Positions 1 through 8,441 of a stretch of DNA of 55,137 bases are shown here, piece after piece. Below the pieces are notes generated by a model that was given only the letters and a program-made list of their open reading frames with translations, did no database searches and was not told the DNA's origin. The stretch's first letter is position 1, and the number at the start of each line of letters is the position of its first letter. The DNA is from a virus (Duplodnaviria; Caudoviricetes). The translations under genes and the position numbers were made by a program. The stretch covers positions 1 to 55,137 of the IMG/VR virus record IMGVR_UViG_3300032327_000495. The stretch is one strand, 5' to 3'.

Positions 1-61
1 CGTGTGGAATAAAATGCTGGTCGCTAATTAAAAATGCAATTCGTTTATTGTATGTTCTCAT
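1..61 (-). CDS. 5' end of a gene running off the window (MRTYNKRIAFLISDQHFIPH...), possibly a GT-B glycosyltransferase N-terminus
   Basis: ATG at 61 overlaps the TGA of the upstream ORF (ATGA); frame open to the edge; hydrophobic first strand RIAFLIS; only 20 codons visible. Confidence 0.45.
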   Translation of the reverse strand, partial: MRTYNKRIAFLISDQHFIPH

Positions 62-264
62 TTTGTTAACATCCATATAATATGGGCATTCTTATCGTGC
101 CATCGATATTCAAATATTGTATCGCCGGGTCCAGTAATTAATCTAGTCAAACGATACGCATACTTTAACCAAATACGTTTGCCTGATATATAGCAAGTCT
201 TAGGGAACCAAACAAATTTAAGTTCGACTCCTAATGACCATCTATAAAATGAATCGTGCGGCAT
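58..264 (-). CDS. small hypothetical protein
   Basis: TGATG coupling to the queE stop suggests start at 264 (MPHDSF...) rather than 276. Confidence 0.6.
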   Translation of the reverse strand: MPHDSFYRWSLGVELKFVWFPKTCYISGKRIWLKYAYRLTRLITGPGDTIFEYRWHDKNAHIIWMLTK

Positions 265-1112
265 CACGTACCCCATTCGTTTTTGAATAGAGGTACCTGA
301 AGTCTGTCACTATAGCGCCATCCTCGTTTCATTGCAGCCAGTGCAACATTCTTAGCATTCATGTTGTATACACTCTCGACCCCGCCACAGGGCATCAAGT
401 ATACAGGACCTCTGAATCCACCTGCACGATACTCCATAACTGCTTTTTCTGCTTCTTGTACATCTTCGTCCGTTGCCACAACAAATTTAAGATATACAAA
501 CCCCACGCTTTCATATTGACGAATAACAGTGGGTTTAATTGCTTCTTCCCATTTCTCACCGCTAATACTTAGTTTAGGACTAACGCTAAATGTTAATGCA
601 TTTTTTTCACGATTAATTTTCCATGACTGTAAAAATATTTTTAAGTCTTGACTAAGTTCTTGTGTACCATTAGTCTCAAATGTAATCTCTTTGAGAGATT
701 TCATTTTTTCATGTGAAAGTAATTCAGGATAACTTCTTTGCCATCCAAGTAACGGTTCACCACCTGTGATAACAAGGTGTTCATCCATCCAACGATTGTG
801 AGGAAGTATATCCATAATACTGTCAACAATACTATCGGTAGTGAGCATAGGACTAAGATGTTTAAACCTAGGGTCCCAAGATGCATAACTATCGCAACCT
901 GTGCTGACAAGTGGTAAGGATTTATAATCTGTATAATCTTCTGCTTTGATTGCAATAGTATCTCTTTCACTGCTTATTTCCCCTTTACTCATGCCAAATC
1001 CACCGCATGTAAAATTACATCCATATGTTCGTAGGAAAATACTTGGTACTCCGATATATCGGCCTTCTCCCTGAATGCTATAAAATAATTCTGAAATTTT
1101 TAGTTTGCTCAT
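264..1112 (-). CDS. queE: 7-carboxy-7-deazaguanine synthase (radical SAM)
   Basis: ELFYSIQGEG, FLRTYGCNFTC...GCDS, VITGGEP, ETNGT, SVSPK, RYSDRLQ; near queD and folE. Confidence 0.95.
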   Translation of the reverse strand: MSKLKISELFYSIQGEGRYIGVPSIFLRTYGCNFTCGGFGMSKGEISSERDTIAIKAEDYTDYKSLPLVSTGCDSYASWDPRFKHLSPMLTTDSIVDSIMDILPHNRWMDEHLVITGGEPLLGWQRSYPELLSHEKMKSLKEITFETNGTQELSQDLKIFLQSWKINREKNALTFSVSPKLSISGEKWEEAIKPTVIRQYESVGFVYLKFVVATDEDVQEAEKAVMEYRAGGFRGPVYLMPCGGVESVYNMNAKNVALAAMKRGWRYSDRLQVPLFKNEWGT

Positions 1113-1615
1113 TGTTCACCGTTGTATAGTTTTATTAAATTTGGTATTTCTTTGATGTGGTCTTCTGTGATATTAAACCATTCACCTCTAACTCGTAAAT
1201 CATCAAAATGTTTATGAATTTTACTTTCAATTTTGTCCGCACGTTCAAGTACCTCTGATTTCCAAATTAATTTCAAATCTAACCAATGGGAAGTTTGTAA
1301 TGCTGCTTTACGTGCAGCAACACATGAACCAGTAGTAACACCAATTTTATAAGGCATTCCTGGAATATCAGGTCCTATTACATAAATCGTACCTCTTACT
1401 GCTTTAGCTAAAGATAGCGAAGTTTGTTGATTTCTTGTCAATCCAATATCTTTAACCCTTTTACGGTGCGCGGCTCCATACGTAGCCGCGCATCTTCTGC
1501 ATTTGGGAATAGAAGTTTTATTTTTTTCTGTTGCTATTTTTAGATTACTAGGAAAAAAATTATTTTCAGTTGCATCTAATTTTTCATTACATGTTGTACA
1601 TTTATATTGTTTCAT
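1109..1615 (-). CDS. T5orf172/GIY-YIG-family putative endonuclease with N-terminal CxxC...CxxC Zn ribbon
   Basis: IYVI...YKIGVT...R..LQTS...IESKIH...RVRGEWF; TAATG coupling gives start 1615. Confidence 0.75.
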   Translation of the reverse strand: MKQYKCTTCNEKLDATENNFFPSNLKIATEKNKTSIPKCRRCAATYGAAHRKRVKDIGLTRNQQTSLSLAKAVRGTIYVIGPDIPGMPYKIGVTTGSCVAARKAALQTSHWLDLKLIWKSEVLERADKIESKIHKHFDDLRVRGEWFNITEDHIKEIPNLIKLYNGEQ

Positions 1616-1800
1616 TACCAATGCCTTATAACACCTGCTACAATGAAGCAGTTTGTTGTTATGTATGATAGCACAATTAATGTGCGTATAAAAGCAATAC
1701 GGTCAGCTTCCTGATCCGTATTACCGGCCTTTTCACCTAACGCCTTTGCCCAAAGGCTCCATAGATATTTAGCCTTCGTATGTAGCCGAATTCGCACCAT
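1615..1800 (-). CDS. small putative membrane protein
   Basis: WSLWAKALGEKAG...C-terminal hydrophobic helix ending RHW; start uncertain, overlaps the queD 3' end. Confidence 0.55.
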   Translation of the reverse strand: MVRIRLHTKAKYLWSLWAKALGEKAGNTDQEADRIAFIRTLIVLSYITTNCFIVAGVIRHW

Positions 1801-2284
1801 GTTCAAATACTTCAACACTTTTAACTCTTACTGTTGGATTAATTGGGTAACGCATTTTACCACTTGCAAGCAACTCTGCCATTTTATCATAGCACATTTT
1901 AGCAAACATTTCACAGCCTACTCCGGGTACAATACGCAAGTCGCAGAGTGCACCTCGCTCATGAGGGATCATGCTCAGATGATTTTTACTTTCAATATCT
2001 ACCATCTCGCTCATGTGTATGAAGAACTCTAGCATTGGGTCATCCTCAGCAATAACCAAAGTATGATCAAACATGTGATCCGCCCAAGCCTTGAATTCTT
2101 TGAGTCCACCAAAGTCCATACACCAGTTTTTTTCATCCAGTGTGTCGCATTCAAATACTAATTTGATACCAAGACTGTAACCATGTAATGTAGAACAGTG
2201 ACTGTGTTTAGCACGCCATTGTCTAAAACAGCAGGATAAGCCTCTGTCTGTACCGTAAGTTTTTGTTGAATAATATTTTGCCAT
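1769..2284 (-). CDS. queD: 6-carboxy-5,6,7,8-tetrahydropterin synthase (T-fold)
   Basis: HCSTLHGY, WCMDFGGLK, FDHT, GCEMFA, VEVFEH; AGGAG SD. Confidence 0.9.
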   Translation of the reverse strand: MAKYYSTKTYGTDRGLSCCFRQWRAKHSHCSTLHGYSLGIKLVFECDTLDEKNWCMDFGGLKEFKAWADHMFDHTLVIAEDDPMLEFFIHMSEMVDIESKNHLSMIPHERGALCDLRIVPGVGCEMFAKMCYDKMAELLASGKMRYPINPTVRVKSVEVFEHGANSATYEG

Positions 2285-2290
2285 TGATTT

Positions 2291-2366
2291 CTCCTATGTT
2301 AATTATAGCATAGGACGCAGAATTTATATACCGGGATGAGCCCATAAGGCCGGTTATCTTTATTTA
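2291..2366 (-). promoter_or_regulatory. structured queD leader: late TAAATA promoter, GC-rich hairpin, and an SD-sequestering hairpin with an extended -10 element in its loop
   Basis: Minus strand: TAAATA (2361-2366), ACCGG...CCGGT (2330-2354), TCCTATG-ctataattaa-CATAGGA (2292-2315) covering AGGAG; TGcTATAAT. Confidence 0.65.
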
Positions 2367-2950
2367 CCTTTTTGAGAATTCAAAAATATTTCTATTATTT
2401 TTTTAAGTTGCAAATAATTTGCCGGTTTGGTAGTCTTAATTAAATTGTCTGAAAATTTTAGGTCTTCATAATATAAATCTGCATCAAACTTTGCTGGAAA
2501 CGCTTTTAGAATCTTATTTCTATTACTCGTATCATTGATTGCTTGACGAATCCCCGCTGGATCAATGTCTATATTATTCATAAAACTAGAATTATTGAGA
2601 TCAAGATTATCATACATAAACTTAAACTCCCTTTTTCTAGCAATGTATAAACTAGCACATTGTGCTACTATATCTCTACGTTGAATTCTAATTAAAAAAC
2701 ATTTTTTAGAATCAATAATTGATTTTAAGTCTTGGTAATAATTATAATGATGTGCATGAAATTTTACAATATAATTATTATTTGTTTTTATATACGATAA
2801 GAATTCATCATATTGTTCATTGGTGTCCGGTTCATTGAACATTTTTTCCAAATTGAGTTGATTCTGAATGTCGTGCAATAAAATAGTAGACCCGGTTCTT
2901 TGACCAGATACAATAATAACAGGTAATATTATTGATGTCGGTAAAAACAT
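2360..2950 (-). CDS. Stf0-like sulfotransferase-family protein
   Basis: 5'-PSB-like SGQRTGST, FNEP, 3'-PB-like IRIQRRDIVAQCASLYIA, LYYEDL. Confidence 0.65.
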   Translation of the reverse strand: MFLPTSIILPVIIVSGQRTGSTILLHDIQNQLNLEKMFNEPDTNEQYDEFLSYIKTNNNYIVKFHAHHYNYYQDLKSIIDSKKCFLIRIQRRDIVAQCASLYIARKREFKFMYDNLDLNNSSFMNNIDIDPAGIRQAINDTSNRNKILKAFPAKFDADLYYEDLKFSDNLIKTTKPANYLQLKKIIEIFLNSQKGK

Positions 2951-2959
2951 GCTGTCATA

Positions 2960-3433
2960 TTATTTATTAATCTTGTTGATGATCTGGGCATCAGCTACCC
3001 GTTTGCGTAAACTACTACTACTGAAACTATGGTCACGACCATTGAATACTATTTCAATATTTCTATCATAACATTCATCTTTACCTGTAAAGTCTTTATC
3101 AGCGTACTCTACACCCAATATACGAACATTTACCGGAAGTATAAGTAAAAGGTCAATAAGGTCCTGTTCAGTTTGATATACTACTACTTCATCAACATAC
3201 CTACATGCTGCAAGTTGAATTTGTCTTTCTACAATGCTTTGAACAGGTTTATTTTTAGTGTCAGGTCTATCAATAGTAGGATCAGTTTGCAATCCTGCAA
3301 TTAAATAATCACAATGATTCTTTGCCTCACTTAACATAGCAACATGGCCTGCATGTAGCATATCAAATGACGAAAAAACAATACCGATCTTTTTACCTTC
3401 TTGTTTAAGTTTTTTAATATGATTAAAAATCAT
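2960..3433 (-). CDS. HxGH cytidylyltransferase (TagD/RfaE-like)
   Basis: SSFDMLHAGH, IAGLQTD, KPVQSIVER, RYVDEVVVY, RDHSFSSS. Confidence 0.85.
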   Translation of the reverse strand: MIFNHIKKLKQEGKKIGIVFSSFDMLHAGHVAMLSEAKNHCDYLIAGLQTDPTIDRPDTKNKPVQSIVERQIQLAACRYVDEVVVYQTEQDLIDLLLILPVNVRILGVEYADKDFTGKDECYDRNIEIVFNGRDHSFSSSSLRKRVADAQIINKINK

Positions 3434-3627
3434 GCATGACCTTTTTTAATCAAGTTATTTACCATGTTAAGGTCAAATTGTATATTGGCAACCTTCTCTT
3501 TAAGAGTTTGATATTCTACACTATCTACATCACCACCTTGTGTAACAATTTTTAAATATAACTCAGCAGCCTCTTCATGAGCCTTAATAAGATCATGTTC
3601 TAGTAAAACCCGTCTATCTTTTAACAT
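3430..3627 (-). CDS. hypothetical helical protein
   Basis: 65 aa, translationally coupled on both sides. Confidence 0.65.
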   Translation of the reverse strand: MLKDRRVLLEHDLIKAHEEAAELYLKIVTQGGDVDSVEYQTLKEKVANIQFDLNMVNNLIKKGHA

Positions 3628-4304
3628 TATTTTCCTTTATTTGCAATACTTAAAAATTCTGCTCTTGCAGATGGGTCAGTTTTGAATCCTCCGCCCAACC
3701 GACACGTAACCGTACTACTACTTGTATCCTCAATTCCCCTGCTTTTCACGCAAAAATGCTGGGCATCAATCATAACTGCAACATCTTCTGTATCAAGGAT
3801 AAACTGTAAGGTGTGAAATATTTGCTCTGTTAAGCGTTCCTGAATTTGAGGTCTCTTACTGAAATATTCTACAATACGGTTAATCTTACTAAGCCCTAAA
3901 ACTTTGTGTTTAGGGACATAAGCCACTGTGGCCAATCCATCGATGGTTACAAAATGATGTTCGCAGTTAGATTGAACATTAACATTACGCTCTACAACCA
4001 TTTCGTTGTATTGCATCTTGTTGTCAACTGTTGTACATTTGGGAAATGCTTCATAATCAAGACCATAAAATATTTCATTGACATACATCTTAGCAACACG
4101 CTTTGGTGTTTCAATCAGACTGTCATCAGACAAATCTAAACCCATAATACGCATAATGTGTGTAAAGTGAGCCTCGATATGGTCGATCTTTTCTTTACGA
4201 TCCATAGTATTAGGTAGTGTAGGAGTTTCAACTCCCATCTTAACCAAGTGTTCGTGAACCTTTTGACCCAACTCTGGATCTGTTTTTGTTTTATTATAAC
4301 TCAT
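3627..4304 (-). CDS. folE: GTP cyclohydrolase I
   Basis: ETPKRVAKMY, SNCEHH, GLSKINRIV, RPQIQERLT, HFCVKSRG. Confidence 0.97.
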   Translation of the reverse strand: MSYNKTKTDPELGQKVHEHLVKMGVETPTLPNTMDRKEKIDHIEAHFTHIMRIMGLDLSDDSLIETPKRVAKMYVNEIFYGLDYEAFPKCTTVDNKMQYNEMVVERNVNVQSNCEHHFVTIDGLATVAYVPKHKVLGLSKINRIVEYFSKRPQIQERLTEQIFHTLQFILDTEDVAVMIDAQHFCVKSRGIEDTSSSTVTCRLGGGFKTDPSARAEFLSIANKGK

Positions 4305-4339
4305 AGATAACCTTCCTTTGTGATGGTTTTTGTTTTGAA

Positions 4340-4378
4340 ATGTAAGCTACCGTTGTGTAGCCTACATGTTTATTTATC
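4340..4378 (-). promoter_or_regulatory. late promoter followed by an 11-bp hairpin in the folE leader
   Basis: GATAAATA (4371-4378), then ATGTAGGCTAC-acaacg-GTAGCTTACAT (4340-4367). Confidence 0.6.
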
Positions 4379-4382
4379 ACAA

Positions 4383-4580
4383 TTACTTGGCAGCAAGTTT
4401 TTCTGCGGCACGTGCGTTCTTAGTCTCAGTGATTTCATTACGGCGTGCTTTAACTGCTTTAGCCAATTCTGCTAGTGCTTTACGGGCACGTGTTCCTGCG
4501 GCTGAATTACCTGCTTCAAACTTTGCTGATTCGGCTTGATAAGCTGCCAATTGTGTTTCGATATCTTGATGTGCGCTCAT
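4383..4580 (-). CDS. histone H1-like (Hc1 family) DNA-binding protein
   Basis: KFEAGNSAAGTRARKALAEL signature; Ala/Lys-rich. Confidence 0.75.
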   Translation of the reverse strand: MSAHQDIETQLAAYQAESAKFEAGNSAAGTRARKALAELAKAVKARRNEITETKNARAAEKLAAK

Positions 4581-4774
4581 TGTTTTTCCTTTGTTAATTT
4601 GCGTTTTGTTTTTGGTACTTCTACCGAGTTGAGTGCTTCTCGCACTTCTTTTAATAATGCTTCGTCATCCCATTCTAGCATAGTTTTGCCATCAGGGAAA
4701 GTAGTTACGGTCAAATGATTGCCCTTAACTATTGTCGGTTCTTGTGATTCTGTTTTCTTTTTACGTGTTGCCAT
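4577..4774 (-). CDS. hypothetical protein
   Basis: Start reassigned to MATRKKK (4774), immediately after the GT stop. Confidence 0.65.
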   Translation of the reverse strand: MATRKKKTESQEPTIVKGNHLTVTTFPDGKTMLEWDDEALLKEVREALNSVEVPKTKRKLTKEKQ

Positions 4775-4775
4775 T

Positions 4776-5951
4776 TTAGTATTTGCTTTCTTTAGTATAT
4801 TTACGATAGTCAGTTGACATTCGCAAGTATTTGTCTCCACTACCCTCTAATACATCGATGATACGATCTATCGTACTATTATTGTAATCACTAATCTTGC
4901 CCATCTTTTCATGTGGCTTCTTTAATAATATCTCTAACTTATCTAGTGCATCGGCTATAGACCATGGCACATACAGTCGTTCATGGTCATTTGCGAAAGT
5001 TTCCGGAAAGGACCTGTAAGCAGGGTATAGAACATTGCACCCAAGACTATCTGCTTCACTTACTGTGTTAGAAACCCAATCTTGAAGGGCGCAATTAAAC
5101 ACAACACGACTATCATTAACGATATTATAGTAATCATTCTTTTCTAGATCCTCATAAACTTTTAATTGACCTATGTTAACCATGTGCATTGTTCGGTTCA
5201 TATAGTTTTCACTATTTGATTTTAATTTACCACCGCTACAGACACAGAATTCAACACCGCTATTAGGATAACGTTCATTCCATGCTTCAATAAGGTCCAT
5301 ATAAAAGTCAGGTTGTTTCTCTTGATCCCAACGAGCCGAAAATACAACCCTATGCTTACGATCAACAAATGGCTTAATATTGCCTACACGACCTTGTACT
5401 TCACTCTTGCCAAATGCCAAACCACTGATGTTATACAGTGGGGCCTTCCAGCCTGCAATCTTCATGTGCATGACCATTTCTTCGTTTGTAGCCAATACAC
5501 CATCAACAAAACTATCTACCATCTTTTCGTAATGACCCATAAATTCAGACATTCCCCAGACATGAACAAAGTCATCTGGATCAATACTTTGTGCAAGGCA
5601 ACGAACAAAAATCTTTGGTCGTAATGATGTATCAATTTGTTTAAGAATATACGGCAATGATTCAATGCCAGGTTGAAACATATCTTCAAAGTAAACGATA
5701 TCTTCGTTATTTAATTCTCCGGCTTTCATCATTTTGATTAGATTCATTAACTGACTCATACCAAAATATGTACGACCATGTGCATCTAATACTTGACCTG
5801 TTACAATTGCTTGATCATTGGTTAGTGTGTCACCGGGTACAACTATATAGTTAATTCCCCTACGTTTAAATACACACTCATTCCACTCTTGGAGTTGAAA
5901 AGTGTAACGGGCAACATATTTTTCTAAACCCATGTAGTAGAGTTTTCTCAT
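4776..5951 (-). CDS. GT-B fold (GT4-like) glycosyltransferase
   Basis: VVFSARWDQEKQP; FNCALQDWVSNTVSEADSLGCNVLYPAYRSFPE donor-binding region. Confidence 0.8.
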   Translation of the reverse strand: MRKLYYMGLEKYVARYTFQLQEWNECVFKRRGINYIVVPGDTLTNDQAIVTGQVLDAHGRTYFGMSQLMNLIKMMKAGELNNEDIVYFEDMFQPGIESLPYILKQIDTSLRPKIFVRCLAQSIDPDDFVHVWGMSEFMGHYEKMVDSFVDGVLATNEEMVMHMKIAGWKAPLYNISGLAFGKSEVQGRVGNIKPFVDRKHRVVFSARWDQEKQPDFYMDLIEAWNERYPNSGVEFCVCSGGKLKSNSENYMNRTMHMVNIGQLKVYEDLEKNDYYNIVNDSRVVFNCALQDWVSNTVSEADSLGCNVLYPAYRSFPETFANDHERLYVPWSIADALDKLEILLKKPHEKMGKISDYNNSTIDRIIDVLEGSGDKYLRMSTDYRKYTKESKY

Positions 5952-6727
5952 TTACTATCCTTTATTTCTTTATGCTTATAATACAACATTTCAATTGTCA
6001 TGTCACTCTTATTGGACTTTTTTCTATTAGATATACCATCTATCAACCTTAAATTTACCCGAGATCCTATAATTTCAGGTGGAACTTTGTTGACCCACCC
6101 ATCCGTAATAGATACTATATGATCTAAATGGGTATCTCTGTTCCTACTCTCTCCGATAAAGTATTTTTTAAAATTCTTATCAGTTTCTTTCCAAACAGCA
6201 ATTTTATATTTTTCATGCTCGGTGATATCATCGGGATGCCTGCACTGCCCTTTCTTAATTTTAGTGGTCAATGCTCGTTGCGTACCGCATTCACTACAAC
6301 CTGAATCAGATAGTAAGGTGTTGGGTTTAATCATAAAATATCCATGTTTTGGACAGCCAACTTCTACTTTAGTGTGAGAATTCTTATAGTCTACTTTACT
6401 ATAGTCATAATTAGGAAAAATGTTACGAACCTCATTTAAGAACTCATCTGTGGTTTTACTAAAACTATTACCACATTTTGGACAGCCCCCTCTCCCCTTC
6501 ATATCATTTGGCCATTTAAAAAAGTACCCGTGCACCTTACATCCTATTTCTATTTTAGTTGAGGAATTTACATAATTAACTCGGTCTAGTAAGTATCTGT
6601 CTCCGTGCGATAGTTTTATTTCAATAATAATTTGTTCTGTTGTTTTTCTGAAGGGGGAGGGTCCCTTTTTAATTCCACGAATTTTGTTTATCCTAGCCTC
6701 TATGTGCTCTTTGGTTTGTTTACTCAT
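5948..6727 (-). mobile_element. free-standing HNH homing endonuclease with two Zn-binding repeats
   Basis: Two Y...K(I/V)E(I/V)GCxxHGYF...GCxxCG repeats; HLDHIVS...NLRLIDGISNRKK; GATAAATA (6748-6755) and an AGGGG SD support start 6727. Confidence 0.75.
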
Positions 6728-6801
6728 AATTAACCCCTTTGATAAAGTATTTATCATCGGGTATTGTTTTTTATAAGGTTCTAAGCACATAAAGGTGTCA
6801 T

Positions 6802-7560
6802 TTACGCATCTTTTCTCTCAATATCATCTTCATCACATGCTTCGCCATATTGAATTTCTACAACACGACATGGTACATCATATGGATTACTTAGTCTATG
6901 CCAATCACCCTGTGGAATTTGTACTTCGCTATATTTTGTCAATTCTATAGTAGGCATACTATAGCCACTGGCTAATTTCATATCCAGTATACAATTACCT
7001 TCGGTTACATGCCAAAATTCATGTCGTTTAAAATGTCTTTGCATACTTAAACTTTTGCCGGGCTCTACTGTTAATTCTTTTACTTTACATCCATTTACAT
7101 CATGCAGTATACGATAGTAACCCCATTCTCGCAATGTTTTTGGTTGTTTCCATTCACGCAAAATCCAACTGCTTGAATTCATTTTATTATCACCGCCAAC
7201 ACCGAAAACAAATTCAACATCATCAAAAACCATTTCAGGGATGTTGTCTTTGGTTCTGTCCCCACCATTGGCAAATATAATTTTTGATTTTGGGTATAAA
7301 CTCTTTACTTGTTTGATAGCATCGATTGCAGTATCATCACTATCATCAAATTCTATTACCTTGTGTATCTGATACAGGCTTTCAATGATTGCTTTTCGTT
7401 CAGAGATAGGCATAAAAGGTTGACCTTTTTTACGGGTCAACCATGCGTCACTGTTTACTCCTACTATAAGTAAGAAGCCTAATGCCTTAGCAGCCTTGAA
7501 GTATTCAATGTGACCACTGTGCAGAGGATCAAATCCCCCGGTGACTAGTACTACTTTCAT
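6802..7560 (-). CDS. HxGH nucleotidyltransferase fused to a mannose-6-phosphate-isomerase-like cupin
   Basis: VTGGFDPLHSGH, FANGGDR; REWGYY, SLSMQRHFKRHEFWHV, WHRLSN, VEIQYG...EDDIER; ATGA coupling gives start 7560. Confidence 0.85.
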   Translation of the reverse strand: MKVVLVTGGFDPLHSGHIEYFKAAKALGFLLIVGVNSDAWLTRKKGQPFMPISERKAIIESLYQIHKVIEFDDSDDTAIDAIKQVKSLYPKSKIIFANGGDRTKDNIPEMVFDDVEFVFGVGGDNKMNSSSWILREWKQPKTLREWGYYRILHDVNGCKVKELTVEPGKSLSMQRHFKRHEFWHVTEGNCILDMKLASGYSMPTIELTKYSEVQIPQGDWHRLSNPYDVPCRVVEIQYGEACDEDDIERKDA

Positions 7561-7763
7561 CGGCGAATCGCATCTTCCCATGAATCTTTTGCCCACTTGC
7601 CACCAAGTTGTTTAGTATGCTGGCGATATGCAAAACTACGCATATCATAAAGTGTTGCTTCATCAAACTTATAACCGAAATCTACGCAGAATTCCTTGTA
7701 TTTTTCAAGGTCTTCAAAAATTTGATAGACACGGGGATTAGATTGAAATTGTTGTTTTGCCAT
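7557..7763 (-). CDS. hypothetical protein
   Basis: 68 aa with AAGGA SD, inside the operon. Confidence 0.7.
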   Translation of the reverse strand: MAKQQFQSNPRVYQIFEDLEKYKEFCVDFGYKFDEATLYDMRSFAYRQHTKQLGGKWAKDSWEDAIRR

Positions 7764-7775
7764 TTTAATAATCCT

Positions 7776-8231
7776 TTAAATAGCGAGTTGTTGATAAGGT
7801 TGAGTTTTGTTATAATGAATCGTGGCACCATTTTCATTGTCTTCGGATACAGAGATAGTGATATTACGATTTGAATATCGAGTTGCAATAACTTCATAGA
7901 GGTCATCACTAATCATTTCACAACTTTTGTAATCCAACGCAAGAATGCCTTGAGAATATTGATTCTCTAACCATCGCTTGAATTGGATAAACTCGATATC
8001 ACGGTCGTTGTGAAATACTTCAATCGTCACTTCAAAGTGAAAAATGTGACGATGTGGAGTTGCTAGAAAGCTAACATCATACTCATCACCTGTTGCCAAG
8101 TTAGGGTCTGTTGCTGCCGCTGGGTATTTATGAATACCTTCTTTTTGAAAACGCACAAAAATAGTGCGAATTGCCTTGTCCTTAATGCGTTGACGTTGTT
8201 CAGTCATTGCTTGTTCTTTTTGTTCGTTCAT
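7776..8231 (-). CDS. QueD-like T-fold protein, DpdL-like (candidate CDG decarboxylase)
   Basis: LATPHRHIF fits LxxxHRHxF; DRDIEF, SCEM, VSEDNENGA; second T-fold gene besides queD. Confidence 0.7.
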   Translation of the reverse strand: MNEQKEQAMTEQRQRIKDKAIRTIFVRFQKEGIHKYPAAATDPNLATGDEYDVSFLATPHRHIFHFEVTIEVFHNDRDIEFIQFKRWLENQYSQGILALDYKSCEMISDDLYEVIATRYSNRNITISVSEDNENGATIHYNKTQPYQQLAI

Positions 8232-8440
8232 CGGTCATCATCCAAATTAACTGTTTCATGGTCATGATCCCATTGTGCTCGGTTCATGTTCCTCAGTTCA
8301 GTAAAATACTTCTCTTTGGATTCTCTTAATTCAGACAATTTTTTAGTATCAGTGGACCCACTTTTTTCTAATTGAAAAATTTGATTATCTAACAATCTAA
8401 CTGATTCTTCTAGTGTTTTAATACGACTTCTATATGGCAT
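8228..8440 (-). CDS. hypothetical coiled-coil protein
   Basis: 70 aa between the TGT-like and DpdL-like genes; GGAG SD. Confidence 0.7.
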   Translation of the reverse strand: MPYRSRIKTLEESVRLLDNQIFQLEKSGSTDTKKLSELRESKEKYFTELRNMNRAQWDHDHETVNLDDDR

Positions 8441-8441
8441 A

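Noticed and set aside
2310-2356. Canonical preQ1-I riboswitch before queD
   Set aside because: The stem-loop plus A-rich tail is superficially similar, but loop and tail do not match the consensus I know; kept only as an unclassified structured leader
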